DNA of 64,000 nucleotides from an uncultured bacterium (GTDB lineage Bacteria; Hydrothermota; Tepidihabitantia; Tepidihabitantales; DTDR01): positions 1,113-65,112 of the forward strand of contig CALHQW010000006.1 in assembly GCA_938040315.1 (NCBI GenBank), written 5' to 3'. The notes beneath the pieces are model-generated. The model was not told the DNA's origin, made no database searches, and was given only the letters and a program-made list of their open reading frames with translations. This document shows, piece by piece, positions 47,690 to 57,760 of this stretch (positions are counted from its first letter, which is position 1; every line of letters begins with the position of its first letter). The position numbers and the translations under genes were made by a program.

Positions 47690-48100
47690 TTATTCCTCTT
47701 TTACCGGCGTTAAACTAATCTTTTCAGCCTTTGCCAATTTTAATTGATCAAAAGCATCAATCATAATTTTATAAGGAGCCTTTCGGGAAACTTTTAAAGC
47801 AACAACTAATTCGGGATTTTTGTTTAATGCTTCCTGCACAATTGGTTTAATTTCGGGAATAGTTACTTTTTGTTCCCCAATCAATACTTCACCGTAAGGA
47901 TTTACGGTTACTACTAAAATATTCTCTTTTTTTACCTTTACCTCGGCTCCTTTTGGTGGCAAAACAATTTTCAAACCTTTTTCTCGAGAGAAAATAGAAG
48001 TTACCATAAAGAAAATAATTAGAAGAAAAGCAATATCCCCGGTAGAAGCAGTGGGGATTGAAATTTTTTGTTCTTTTTTTCTTTTAAACATAATAAACAT
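47690..48100 (-). CDS. exbD: Biopolymer transport protein ExbD/TolR (second copy)
   Basis: A paralogue of the adjacent gene with the same TM motif. Confidence 0.75.
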   Translation of the reverse strand: MFIMFKRKKEQKISIPTASTGDIAFLLIIFFMVTSIFSREKGLKIVLPPKGAEVKVKKENILVVTVNPYGEVLIGEQKVTIPEIKPIVQEALNKNPELVVALKVSRKAPYKIMIDAFDQLKLAKAEKISLTPVKEE

Positions 48101-48102
48101 AA

Positions 48103-48711
48103 TTATTGTCGCTTTGTTAAATATTCAATTAAAGTGGCTGCTGAAGTTTCTAAATCTCGAGTGTAACTATTAATTTTCATTTGATAAAGAATATGAATTA
48201 TTGCTAATGGAGCAGCAATCATTAAGCCCCATTTAGTCGTGATTAATGCTTCCGAAATACCTGATGCTACAACTGCTGGTTCAACTTCACCTACTGCTGC
48301 CACTGCCGCAAACGCCCGAATCATACCAGTAACAGTTCCTAAAAAACCAAAGAAAGGAGCAACCATCGTTAATCCACCCATTAGATTCATTCCTCGGTCA
48401 AGAAAGCCAAGTTCACTAACTCCGGCTCTTGTTACCGCTTCTTCCATTGCACTTTTACCTTCTTTCGCTTTTTCTAATGCTGCTAAAAGAACTCGAGCTA
48501 CCGGACTTTTTGTCTTTTGACAAAGTTTAACTCCGCTTTCCACTCCCTCTTTTTCAATTATTGAAATGAGGTTTTGAGTAAATTTTTTAGCATTTAATGA
48601 GGCAACGATAAAAAGGGTAATAAACCGTTCAATAATTAAGGCAATACCTAAAATAGCACAGGCTAATAAAAACCACATTATGCCACCGCCTTTAATGAAT
48701 TCCTGTATCAT
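48103..48711 (-). CDS. exbB: MotA/TolQ/ExbB proton-channel protein
   Basis: Three TM segments and the conserved region GLLGTVTGMIRAF. Confidence 0.8.
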   Translation of the reverse strand: MIQEFIKGGGIMWFLLACAILGIALIIERFITLFIVASLNAKKFTQNLISIIEKEGVESGVKLCQKTKSPVARVLLAALEKAKEGKSAMEEAVTRAGVSELGFLDRGMNLMGGLTMVAPFFGFLGTVTGMIRAFAAVAAVGEVEPAVVASGISEALITTKWGLMIAAPLAIIHILYQMKINSYTRDLETSAATLIEYLTKRQ

Positions 48712-48776
48712 TTTTCCTCCTTATTTTTTGTTTCATTTACTTAAATATAAATAAAAATAATAAAAAGTCAATAAAA

Positions 48777-50270
48777 TTAAATTTCTTCCAAAAATTTATA
48801 TTCGTCATATTTAAATTTGGAATTTATTTTTAATTCCAGATGAACTTCGATTTTTTTAATAAGTTGAGTTAATCTTTCATTCCATTCATTTGTTAGGAAC
48901 TCATAAAGATAGGGCGAGACTAATAAAAGAATTTTTTTCCCCTTTAATCTTTCTGCTTTATTTATTAATTCATTTTCAATTTTTAAACAAACTTCATATC
49001 GGTCTAAAATTCTTCCTCTTCCTTTACAAGCAGGACATTCTTCACAAAGAGTAAAAAATATACCTGGCCTAATTTTTTCTCGTGTCATTTCCACTAATCC
49101 AAAACGGCTTAGTTTACCAAAATCGGCTTTTGCCCGGTCATTGGTTAAACATAATTTTAATTCTTGATATACTCGTTCTCGATTTTTTAACTCTCGCATA
49201 TCAATAAAGTCAATAATAATTAAACCGGATAAATCTCGTAATCTAATTTGCCGAGCAATTTCTGCTGCGGCTTCTAAATTTGTTTGCAAGATTAATGTTT
49301 CTGGGTCTTCCTCCGATGCAAAACTACCGGTGTTTACATCAATAGTAACGAGTGCCTCTGTTTGATCAATAGTGATAAATCCACCGCTTTTTAAGGGAAT
49401 TTCTCGTTCCAATGCTTTTTCTAATTCTTCATCAATTTTAAATTTTTTAAAAAGAGGTTCCTTTTCTTCATAAAGAATAATTTTGTCCTTATCAAATAAT
49501 TCGGGAGTATAATTTTTTATATAATTGTTTATTTCATAATAAAGATTTCGATCATCCACATAAATGGCTTCGGTATCCAGAGTGTATAAATCCCGAATAA
49601 TTTTTAATGCTAATTTGGGTTCTTTATAAAGCAGTCGGGGAGCCCGAGATTTTTGAAATTCCCTTTCAATTTCTTCCCATTTACCTTCTAAATAATGATA
49701 ATCCCTGACAATTACTTCTTCCGGCATGTTTTCCGCAGCGGTCCTAATAATTAATCCCCGATTTGCTTTTTTTAATTTCTTTGCAATCTCTTTTAAACGA
49801 TTTCTTTCTTTTCGGTTAGCAATTCTTTGAGACACACCGATTCGGGAAATCGTGGGGAAAAAAACCACATATTTCCCTGGTAAATGAATAAAAGAAGTTA
49901 ATCGGGCACCTTTGTCACCGAATTGCTCTTTAACAACTTGACAAAAAATTTGGTCACCAATACTTATTGGTAATTCTTCTTTTTTTATTTTCCTTACTTT
50001 TTCGTCTTCCTCCTCTAAATCAATTCCAAATATTTCTTCAGGTATTTCGGCTAAAGGTAAAAATCCGTTTTTTCTTAAACCGATGTTTACAAAGGCTCCC
50101 CGTAATCCCTTTACAATATTTTCCACCCGTCCTTTAAAAATTTTTCCTACATTATTTTCAATTCCCTCCCGCTCAATATAAAACTCTACTAAACGATCGT
50201 TTTCCAAAATTGCTATCCGCGTATCATTAAATTTATGAGTGATCACAATGATAGTTTTAAATTTAATCAT
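48777..50270 (-). CDS. rng: Ribonuclease E/G family protein (RNase G-like)
   Basis: S1 domain and an RNase E/G catalytic core. 497 aa, which is RNase G size. Confidence 0.8.
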   Translation of the reverse strand: MIKFKTIIVITHKFNDTRIAILENDRLVEFYIEREGIENNVGKIFKGRVENIVKGLRGAFVNIGLRKNGFLPLAEIPEEIFGIDLEEEDEKVRKIKKEELPISIGDQIFCQVVKEQFGDKGARLTSFIHLPGKYVVFFPTISRIGVSQRIANRKERNRLKEIAKKLKKANRGLIIRTAAENMPEEVIVRDYHYLEGKWEEIEREFQKSRAPRLLYKEPKLALKIIRDLYTLDTEAIYVDDRNLYYEINNYIKNYTPELFDKDKIILYEEKEPLFKKFKIDEELEKALEREIPLKSGGFITIDQTEALVTIDVNTGSFASEEDPETLILQTNLEAAAEIARQIRLRDLSGLIIIDFIDMRELKNRERVYQELKLCLTNDRAKADFGKLSRFGLVEMTREKIRPGIFFTLCEECPACKGRGRILDRYEVCLKIENELINKAERLKGKKILLLVSPYLYEFLTNEWNERLTQLIKKIEVHLELKINSKFKYDEYKFLEEI

Positions 50271-52626
50271 CTTCCAAAGGAGTTATCAATTTATCATTTT
50301 TTATTAAATATTGTTCAATTCTTTTGATTAGTAGTAATTTTACAATTTCTTCTTCTAATCCTAAAATTTTGGTGAGAGTAGGATAGAGTTTTACTCCCGA
50401 CTGAAAAGGTAAAAGAATTTCTCCTACATTATCATAAAGTCGAAAATAATAAGAAGTAGTATTTAAATTTATTTTTTTAATAATTGAATCTGGGAAAAAA
50501 ATTTCGTATTTCAAAAATTTAATAGATTTTCCTAAACTTGGTTTATCCCTTTTTATTTCTTTAAAATCAATAACTATTAAATCTTTGGGCATAAAATTGC
50601 CTAACTCTTTTATTAAATTACCATTATAATCAATTTTTAAAAAAATGTCAAAATATTCACTTTCCGAGATGACTCCAACGGGTAAAGGAGGACCAAAAGA
50701 AATTAAATATCGGGGTGAAAACCCTCCTGAATGAATCACTGGTAAGCAAGCGCGCCTGACAGTTCGATAAATTGCTCGAACAATATCTAAATGGGAAGCA
50801 AAGCGAAAGTTTTCTCCTACTTTAAATTTTACTCGGACCCTTTTATAAATGGGATAAAAAGCCGGTTGTTTTTTAAAAGAGGGAAGTTTTTTAGAGAAAA
50901 AATTCTCTTTTTTGGCAAATTTAAGAGAATCAAAATTTTCTATTTCCTGATTAGATAAAGCTTTTTGATAATTTTCAATAAAAAAATTCTTTGGTATGCC
51001 TACATCAATAAATTCCCAAGGTAAATTTCCTTTTAGGTTTTTTTCTTTTAAGTAATTTTCTTTATCAATTTGATTTTTAGAAAAACTATCTAACCAAAGT
51101 TGATATTGAAAGTGTTCAGTCCAGTCTTGAAAGATTCCTTGGCTTTTAAATACTTCTTCAATAATTAACGACAGTTTTTCATCACCCCTTGCTAAAATTG
51201 CTTGAATTTCTGCTTGGTCTAGATTTTCATATTTTATTCGAATATTTTTAAATTTTACTAAATTTTTTAATGTTCTAATTTTTTCTAAAAGGATGGTTTT
51301 ATCCTCAAAACTGCAAAATTGAAAAGGGGTATGAGGTTTGGGAATAAAAGGAGAGATAGAAATTCGCAACTCTTTACTTTTAATGTTCTTACCTAAAAAA
51401 TTTAAAAAATAAGCAATCTCTTTTATATCTTCTTCTTTCTCAGTTGGCAAGCCAATCATAAAATAAAATTTGATTCCTTGCCAGTTATTATTTATTAAAT
51501 TTTCTACGGCTTGAATAATCTTTTCATTAGAAATTTCTTTGTTGATAACTTTTTTTAAACGGGAAGAGATGGTTTCGGGAGCAAAAGTAATTCCTGTTTT
51601 TTTGATTAATCCAAGTTGGTTTACAATATCTTCATCAAAATCTTCGCCGCGTAATGAAGGCAAAGAAAGAGCAACTAAATAGGGATTTAAAATTTCGTTT
51701 AAAGAACTTAAAAGCAAAGATAAATTAGGATAATCACCTGCGGAAAAGGAAAGCAGAGAAAGTTCTTCATAACCCGTAGCCTTTATTGCCCTTAAAGCTA
51801 GTCTTTTAATTTCTTCAACTGGACGAATTCTTACCGGCCGATTAATAAATCCTGCTTGACAAAAACGACATCCCCGGCCACAGCCACGGGAAATTTCAAT
51901 AGTTAAATGGTCATGAACGATTTCGCATATTGGTACTAAAGGTGGAAAAGGAAAATCCTCTTCTTTTAATTCTTTTACATATCTTTTTTTTATAATTTTT
52001 TCTTTTTTATGAATTAATGGAACATACACACCTTCTAAATTTGCTAAATTTTCTAATATTGCCTTTTTATTATTTTTGAAATTACGATAAATTTCAACAA
52101 TTTCTAAAATCACTTCTTCACCATCTCCAATAACAAAAGCATCGATAAATGGTGCCATTGGTAGAGGGTTAACCGTACAAGGTCCGCCAGCAATAATCAA
52201 TGGGTAATTGCTGTTAATCCGCTCTTCGGTGCGGAGAGGTATTTTGCCTAAAGAGAGACAATATAAAACATTAGGATAATTTAATTCCGATTGTAAAGAA
52301 AAACCAATAATATCGAATTTAAATAAAGGAAGTTTATTTTCTAAAGAGAAGAGCGGTAAATTATACTCTTTTAATTTTTTGCCAAAATCAATAGCAGGTG
52401 CGTAACTTCTTTCACAAATAGTATTCTTATGACGATTTAATTTTGAATAAAGAATTTTTAATCCATAATTAGACATGCCAATTTCATAAATTTCCGGAAA
52501 AATTAGACATACCTTAATGGTATTTTTTTTTATTGGAAGGGGAAAAAGGTTATATTCGCCGCCAGTATATCTAATAGGTTTTGTTACAAGCGGCAAAAAA
52601 TTTAAAAAAAATTTATTCACCTTCAA
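50263..52626 (-). CDS. B12-binding-domain radical SAM protein (TIGR03960-like) fused to a C-terminal DUF2344 (TIGR03936-like) domain
   Basis: N-terminal LVTKPIRYTGGEYN, a radical-SAM cysteine triad CGRGCRFCQAGF, and an approx. 200-aa C-terminal extension. 787 aa. 8-nt overlap with rng and 14-nt overlap with hypA. Confidence 0.7.
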   Translation of the reverse strand: MKVNKFFLNFLPLVTKPIRYTGGEYNLFPLPIKKNTIKVCLIFPEIYEIGMSNYGLKILYSKLNRHKNTICERSYAPAIDFGKKLKEYNLPLFSLENKLPLFKFDIIGFSLQSELNYPNVLYCLSLGKIPLRTEERINSNYPLIIAGGPCTVNPLPMAPFIDAFVIGDGEEVILEIVEIYRNFKNNKKAILENLANLEGVYVPLIHKKEKIIKKRYVKELKEEDFPFPPLVPICEIVHDHLTIEISRGCGRGCRFCQAGFINRPVRIRPVEEIKRLALRAIKATGYEELSLLSFSAGDYPNLSLLLSSLNEILNPYLVALSLPSLRGEDFDEDIVNQLGLIKKTGITFAPETISSRLKKVINKEISNEKIIQAVENLINNNWQGIKFYFMIGLPTEKEEDIKEIAYFLNFLGKNIKSKELRISISPFIPKPHTPFQFCSFEDKTILLEKIRTLKNLVKFKNIRIKYENLDQAEIQAILARGDEKLSLIIEEVFKSQGIFQDWTEHFQYQLWLDSFSKNQIDKENYLKEKNLKGNLPWEFIDVGIPKNFFIENYQKALSNQEIENFDSLKFAKKENFFSKKLPSFKKQPAFYPIYKRVRVKFKVGENFRFASHLDIVRAIYRTVRRACLPVIHSGGFSPRYLISFGPPLPVGVISESEYFDIFLKIDYNGNLIKELGNFMPKDLIVIDFKEIKRDKPSLGKSIKFLKYEIFFPDSIIKKINLNTTSYYFRLYDNVGEILLPFQSGVKLYPTLTKILGLEEEIVKLLLIKRIEQYLIKNDKLITPLEDD

Positions 52627-52957
52627 TACTTTCTAAATAATAATCGTCACCCTTTTTCAAAAAAATTTTAAAGGAAAAACATTTTGGACACATATAAGGA
52701 AATTCTAAATTTCCTTCCCCATAATAACCACAATTTTTACATTCAATTTCTGGTTTTTCTTCAATAGTGACTATTTGGTTATTCTCGGCTAAAGTATCTT
52801 TTAACCCCTCTTTTAACCAAAAAACAAACTGTTCTTTATTGATTAATGTTAAACTACCAATTTTTATATTTATTTTATAAATTTTCTTAATCTGATATTT
52901 TTTACAAACTTGATAAATTACTTTAATAAGATGCTGGGCACAGGAGAATTCATGCAT
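52613..52957 (-). CDS. hypA: Hydrogenase/urease nickel-incorporation protein HypA
   Basis: N-terminal MHE nickel-binding motif and a zinc finger CKNCG...CPKC. 114 aa. Confidence 0.75.
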   Translation of the reverse strand: MHEFSCAQHLIKVIYQVCKKYQIKKIYKINIKIGSLTLINKEQFVFWLKEGLKDTLAENNQIVTIEEKPEIECKNCGYYGEGNLEFPYMCPKCFSFKIFLKKGDDYYLESIEGE

Positions 52958-53621
52958 TTTTTAAAAAATTTATTATCTTTTCTACCCCTTTGCCTTTACG
53001 AGCAACTGTTTCTATAATAGGAATAAAAGGTTTAATTTTTTTGATATCTCTTTTTAATTTAGTCAAAGAAACTTTCATATTTTTTGCTAAATCTATTTTA
53101 TTAATAACAACCATATTAGCCTCTTTGAAAATATAAGGATGTTTTATCACTACGTAAGGACCTTCGGTACAAGAAAAGACGACAATTCGATAATGAGCAC
53201 CCAAAGGAAATTCTCCGGGACAAATAAGATTACCCACATTTTCAATAAAAAGCAAATCAATCTCTTTTAAAGGCAGATTTTTTATTGCCTCGCTTACTAA
53301 TTTAGCATCCAAATGACATTCTTTTCCGGTATTAATCTGGATTACTTGGGCACCATTTTTTTTAATTAGGTCAGCATCAATGGTGGTAGTTAAATCACCA
53401 GTAATTACTCCGATTCTATAATCCTTTTTCAATTTTTTAACAATCTGGCACATTAATGTTGTTTTTCCGCTTCCAATTGAACCAAGAATATCAATTGCTT
53501 TTATATCGTATTGATTGAAAATTTTTTTATTTTCTTCTGCCAGTTCTCTATTTTTTTTAAGCAGACTTTCTTCTAATTCAATATCAAATATTTCACCACT
53601 TTTTGGTTTAATAATTTTCAT
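52950..53621 (-). CDS. hypB: Hydrogenase nickel-incorporation GTPase HypB
   Basis: P-loop GSIGSGKTTLM and an ENVGNLICP motif. No His-rich N-terminus. Confidence 0.8.
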   Translation of the reverse strand: MKIIKPKSGEIFDIELEESLLKKNRELAEENKKIFNQYDIKAIDILGSIGSGKTTLMCQIVKKLKKDYRIGVITGDLTTTIDADLIKKNGAQVIQINTGKECHLDAKLVSEAIKNLPLKEIDLLFIENVGNLICPGEFPLGAHYRIVVFSCTEGPYVVIKHPYIFKEANMVVINKIDLAKNMKVSLTKLKRDIKKIKPFIPIIETVARKGKGVEKIINFLKNA

Positions 53622-53641
53622 AATTAAATTTTAATCACAAA

Positions 53642-53670
53642 TTGACTTTTTTCAATAATAAAATTATAAT
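53642..53670 (+). promoter_or_regulatory. Sigma70 consensus promoter TTGACT -17- TATAAT. The -10 ends 7 nt before the nnr ATG, so a leaderless transcript is predicted.
   Basis: Read from the sequence. Confidence 0.5.
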
Positions 53671-53677
53671 TTGGTAA

Positions 53678-55249
53678 ATGAAACGAATAGTAAATCAAAA
53701 AGAAATGTCGGAGATAGATCAGGAATCGGCTGAAAAGTTAGGTATTTCCACAATGATTTTGATGGAGAATGCCGGAAGAAGTATTGTAGAATATTTACAA
53801 AGAATTTTTAATATTAATGAAAAAGATTTTTCTCATAAAAATTTCTTAATCTTTTGTGGCAAAGGAAATAATGGAGGAGATGGTTTTGTGGCGGCTCGTT
53901 TTTTATTAAATAAAAAGGCTAAGGTTAAGGTAATTTTAATAGGGAAATTTGCTGAATTAAAAGGCAATGCTAAAATAAATGCTGAGCGGTATAAAAATAT
54001 GGGTGGAGAAATAATTGAATTAGAAAAAGAGGATTTTTCATTAGATTTTCTTAAAGAAAATAAGAAGGAGACGTATATAATTGATGCTATTTTTGGAACA
54101 GGATTTAAAGGTGAGATAACGGGAATATATAAGAAAGTTATTGAATTTATTAATCAAATTAATTTTCCTGTGATCGCGGTAGATGTACCTTCTGGTGTAA
54201 TGGATAATGGTGAAATTGCTAATGTTTGTGTAAAAGCGGATTTTACAATCACAATGGGGTTTATAAAAAGAAATTTAGTTTTACCTCCAGGCCGAGATTT
54301 TGCTGGAAAAATATTTGTGGCGGATATTGGAACTTTTTATGATTATTTTAATAACCGTGGTAATACTTATCTAATAGAAGAATCAGATGTAAAAGAATTT
54401 CTTCCTAAAAGAGTAAGTTGGGGACATAAAGGAACTTTTGGTACTTGTTTGATAATCGCTGGTTCCAAGGGTTATAGTGGAGCTGCTTGTCTCGCTGCTT
54501 TGGGAGCTTTGAAGATCGGCTCCGGGTTAGTATATTTAGCTTCACCAAATACAATTATTGATGTTGTGGAGATGAAACTTACAGAAGTAGTGAAGATTCC
54601 TTTAGATTGGGAAGATGGGTATACTTTAGAAAACATAAATAAAATTAATAAAATTTTTTCAAAAATTGACGTTGTGGCAATTGGTCCTGGCATTGGAACT
54701 GCTCAAAACACAAGGATGTTTATAAAGAAATTGTTAATCTCAATTAGCGAAAGAAAAATCCCTGCTGTCATTGATGCCGATGGGATTAATTGTTTAAGTG
54801 AAGAAATTAATTTGTTAAAAGATTTCGCTAAAAATACTTCAATAATTTTGACTCCCCATCCCGGAGAACTCAGTCGGTTAATTAAAATTTCGCCAGAAAA
54901 AATTAATGAAGATAGAATAGAAATTGCTCGTTCTTTTAGCCAAGAATGCGGTGTTTATTTAGTGTTGAAAGGTTCACCGACAGTAATTGGAATTCCCCAA
55001 GGAATTGTATATGTGAATCCCACAGGAAACTCAGGATTAGCCAGTGGTGGCACTGGAGATGTGTTAACTGGTTTCATCACAGGTTTGTTAGCCCAAAAAT
55101 TATCACCACAGAAAGCCGCAATAGTTGGTGTCTATCTGCATGGTCTCTCGGCTGACTTAGCCTTAGAAGAAAGAACTGAATACGATTTTATCGCTTCGGA
55201 TATTTTGACCTATCTTCCGAAAGCAATAAAAAAAGTTTTGGATGCTTAA
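53678..55249 (+). CDS. nnr: Bifunctional NAD(P)H-hydrate repair enzyme Nnr (YjeF N-terminal epimerase plus C-terminal ADP-dependent dehydratase)
   Basis: YjeF_N (CGKGNNGGDG) and carbohydrate-kinase-like C-terminal (GPGIG, GGTGDVLTG) domains. 523 aa. Confidence 0.8.
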   Translation: MKRIVNQKEMSEIDQESAEKLGISTMILMENAGRSIVEYLQRIFNINEKDFSHKNFLIFCGKGNNGGDGFVAARFLLNKKAKVKVILIGKFAELKGNAKINAERYKNMGGEIIELEKEDFSLDFLKENKKETYIIDAIFGTGFKGEITGIYKKVIEFINQINFPVIAVDVPSGVMDNGEIANVCVKADFTITMGFIKRNLVLPPGRDFAGKIFVADIGTFYDYFNNRGNTYLIEESDVKEFLPKRVSWGHKGTFGTCLIIAGSKGYSGAACLAALGALKIGSGLVYLASPNTIIDVVEMKLTEVVKIPLDWEDGYTLENINKINKIFSKIDVVAIGPGIGTAQNTRMFIKKLLISISERKIPAVIDADGINCLSEEINLLKDFAKNTSIILTPHPGELSRLIKISPEKINEDRIEIARSFSQECGVYLVLKGSPTVIGIPQGIVYVNPTGNSGLASGGTGDVLTGFITGLLAQKLSPQKAAIVGVYLHGLSADLALEERTEYDFIASDILTYLPKAIKKVLDA

Positions 55250-56660
55250 TTTTTTATTAATTTTAATCTTTACAATTTATAATGAAAAATTATGGATAAA
55301 TTATTTGGCCTTTGATACTGTTTTAACAATCACGGGAAATGAAAAAACCGTTTATATTGGAACTCCTGATGGAATTTTATTATTTGATGCCCAAAAAATA
55401 AAATACTTAAAAACTCTTACAAAATTTGATGGAATTTTAGAAAATTTGAAATTTGTAGTTTATGACCGGGAGATAAACTCTCTTTGGTTAGTAGATAATT
55501 ATTCCAATATGATGAATTATCACCCAATTACAAAGAAAAAAGAATCTTTTAAGTTAAGGATATTACCAAAAGCAATAGGTGTCGGCAAGCAATTTTTATA
55601 CTTTGTTGCTAATGGTGATACTTATCAATGGGATAAAAGAAAGAAAAAGTTGTTGAAAATTGAAAATACGAAAGATACCACTATTTTTTGGTACGGTGAA
55701 AAGAAAAAGAATTTGCTAAGAAATTTCCCTTTTCTTGCTCCTTATTATTATTTAGATGATAACTTGAATAAATATTTTTATAAAGAAGTATTTTTAACAA
55801 ACCGAAATTTATGGGTAAGTGCTAGTGGATACGGAATTTTGGTTTTTGATATAATATCCAAAAATTTGGTAAAGGTTTTTCCTTTTAATAAGAGTTTAAG
55901 TAGAATCAAAAAAATTTTAAAATTTGACAACACTATTTGGCTATTGAGTAATGATTTCTTTATAAAAACTGCTAATGAAATTTCTGATTGGCGTTTTTAT
56001 CCAATTAGATATGATAAATTCTATGAAGAGAATGAGCCTTTATTAAAAAATAAATTTTTAGAGATATTTTTTAAAAAGACTATTTCTAATTTTGCTAATT
56101 CAAAAAATTCCGTTGCTTGTGCTTTTGAAAATAGTATTTATCTTTTTTTAGAAAATTATTCAGAACCGATTGAGATTCAAGTTCCTTCAAAAGTAGAAAA
56201 TTTATATTTTTTAAAAGATACTTTAATAATTTTAACCCAAGAGGGTATTTATCTCTTTGATTATAAAGATAACAAATTTTTAGATTTAGTTGATCAACCG
56301 GCTGAAGCAAAATTTGGTGTTTTTTCTTTTTTGCCCATAAAAAAGGGCTGGTATTTTGGAATTCGGGGCGGTTTTTTAATATATCAAAATCAAAAATGGG
56401 AAAAAGTAATTATCCCGGGTAGTGATTTATCAATACCTATCGAAGAGTTAGCCCATTTTGATAATTTTTTGATAGCAAAAATAAATAATCGAATTCTTTT
56501 ATTTGACACCAGAAAAAAATTATTTCAATTTTTAACAAAAGAGGATGGTTTAATTAGCGAAAATATTTATTGTTTAAAAGTAGTTAATAATAAGTTATGG
56601 ATTGCTCATGAAAAAGGCATTTCCCTTTATGATTTAACTTTAAAGAAGAAAAAGAATTAA
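55242..56660 (+). CDS. Hypothetical membrane-anchored protein, possible beta-propeller (two-component-regulator-propeller-like repeats)
   Basis: N-terminal hydrophobic anchor and repeated Y/W-rich segments. No confident family assignment. Confidence 0.4.
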   Translation: MLNFLLILIFTIYNEKLWINYLAFDTVLTITGNEKTVYIGTPDGILLFDAQKIKYLKTLTKFDGILENLKFVVYDREINSLWLVDNYSNMMNYHPITKKKESFKLRILPKAIGVGKQFLYFVANGDTYQWDKRKKKLLKIENTKDTTIFWYGEKKKNLLRNFPFLAPYYYLDDNLNKYFYKEVFLTNRNLWVSASGYGILVFDIISKNLVKVFPFNKSLSRIKKILKFDNTIWLLSNDFFIKTANEISDWRFYPIRYDKFYEENEPLLKNKFLEIFFKKTISNFANSKNSVACAFENSIYLFLENYSEPIEIQVPSKVENLYFLKDTLIILTQEGIYLFDYKDNKFLDLVDQPAEAKFGVFSFLPIKKGWYFGIRGGFLIYQNQKWEKVIIPGSDLSIPIEELAHFDNFLIAKINNRILLFDTRKKLFQFLTKEDGLISENIYCLKVVNNKLWIAHEKGISLYDLTLKKKKN

Positions 56661-56661
56661 A

Positions 56662-57714
56662 GTGAGAAAGAAGATATTTCTCAGCCTTTTATTAGTTTTC
56701 TTTTTAATTTTATTAGTTTTTCTTTTATATCAAAAAAAGAAAAAAATATTGTTAATAGAATATCCAAAATATTCCTCTAATTTAGAAAGTAAAACAAATA
56801 TTCTTTTAATTGCGAAAGATGCTTTAATAATAAGGGGAAAAAAGTTACCAAATGAAAAGGAAGAGTTAATTTTAGAAAAGAAATCAAGAAGTGATATTAT
56901 TAATATTGTTCACATAGATTTTAATAATGGAAAAGTTAAAATCTTAAATATCCCTCGAGATATGTTAGTGAGTATTCCTAATTATACTAAAGAAAAATCA
57001 AAAAAGGATTTTAATAACTTAGATAAAATAACTCATAGTTATTTTTATGGCGGAGAAGATTTATTGATAAAAACGATAAAAAAGAATTTTGATATTGATA
57101 TTGACCGTTATATAACAATTGATTTTATCAGATTTCAAAAACTGGTTAATCTTTTAAAACCTTTTGTGAAAATCTTCCGAATAAGGAATTTAACAGTGAG
57201 TGAGCCAGCGGTTGTTCAAGAACTTTTAAGAAATCGGTATCGGTATCCTCATGATGATATTGACCGGAGTCGCAATTCATTATTTTTTATTAAATATCTT
57301 TGTGAAAAAATCTACCCCCAAGTTAATCCTATAAACTTTCCCATTTTTAAAAAAATCTTTTGGGAAGTTTTTCAAGGAGCCACTAATCTTACTGATAGTG
57401 ATATAAATAAAATTTTTATTGAATTAAAAGAAAAGAACTTTGAACCACAAAAAGATATTGAATTAGGTGTGATGATTGGTTATCAAGCCAATGTCTATTT
57501 AAATCGTTTCTCACAAAAGCTTTCCTGCTATTTACCAATTTATGAAGAAATTGAAAAACAGATAAAATATTTTATTTATGATTCAATTAATATTACTCCT
57601 AAATTTTATCTTGATGATAAAGAAAGATTTTTTATTCCGGAATATGTGAGAAAGGATTACACTTTATTTTTGGATACAGTTAGTTTAAAAATAAATGTTG
57701 AAATTCTTAAATAA
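56662..57714 (+). CDS. LytR-CpsA-Psr (LCP) family cell-envelope phosphotransferase
   Basis: N-terminal TM segment and LCP core motifs (NIVHIDFNNGKVKILNIPRDMLV, YFYGGEDLLIKTI). Confidence 0.65.
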   Translation: MRKKIFLSLLLVFFLILLVFLLYQKKKKILLIEYPKYSSNLESKTNILLIAKDALIIRGKKLPNEKEELILEKKSRSDIINIVHIDFNNGKVKILNIPRDMLVSIPNYTKEKSKKDFNNLDKITHSYFYGGEDLLIKTIKKNFDIDIDRYITIDFIRFQKLVNLLKPFVKIFRIRNLTVSEPAVVQELLRNRYRYPHDDIDRSRNSLFFIKYLCEKIYPQVNPINFPIFKKIFWEVFQGATNLTDSDINKIFIELKEKNFEPQKDIELGVMIGYQANVYLNRFSQKLSCYLPIYEEIEKQIKYFIYDSINITPKFYLDDKERFFIPEYVRKDYTLFLDTVSLKINVEILK

Positions 57715-57726
57715 CTCTTTATTTTA

Positions 57727-57754
57727 TTGACAATTAAAAATTTATCATTATAAT
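57727..57754 (+). promoter_or_regulatory. Sigma70 consensus promoter TTGACA -16- TATAAT ending 6 nt before the thrS GTG start
   Basis: Read from the sequence. Confidence 0.45.
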
Positions 57755-57760
57755 AATAAC

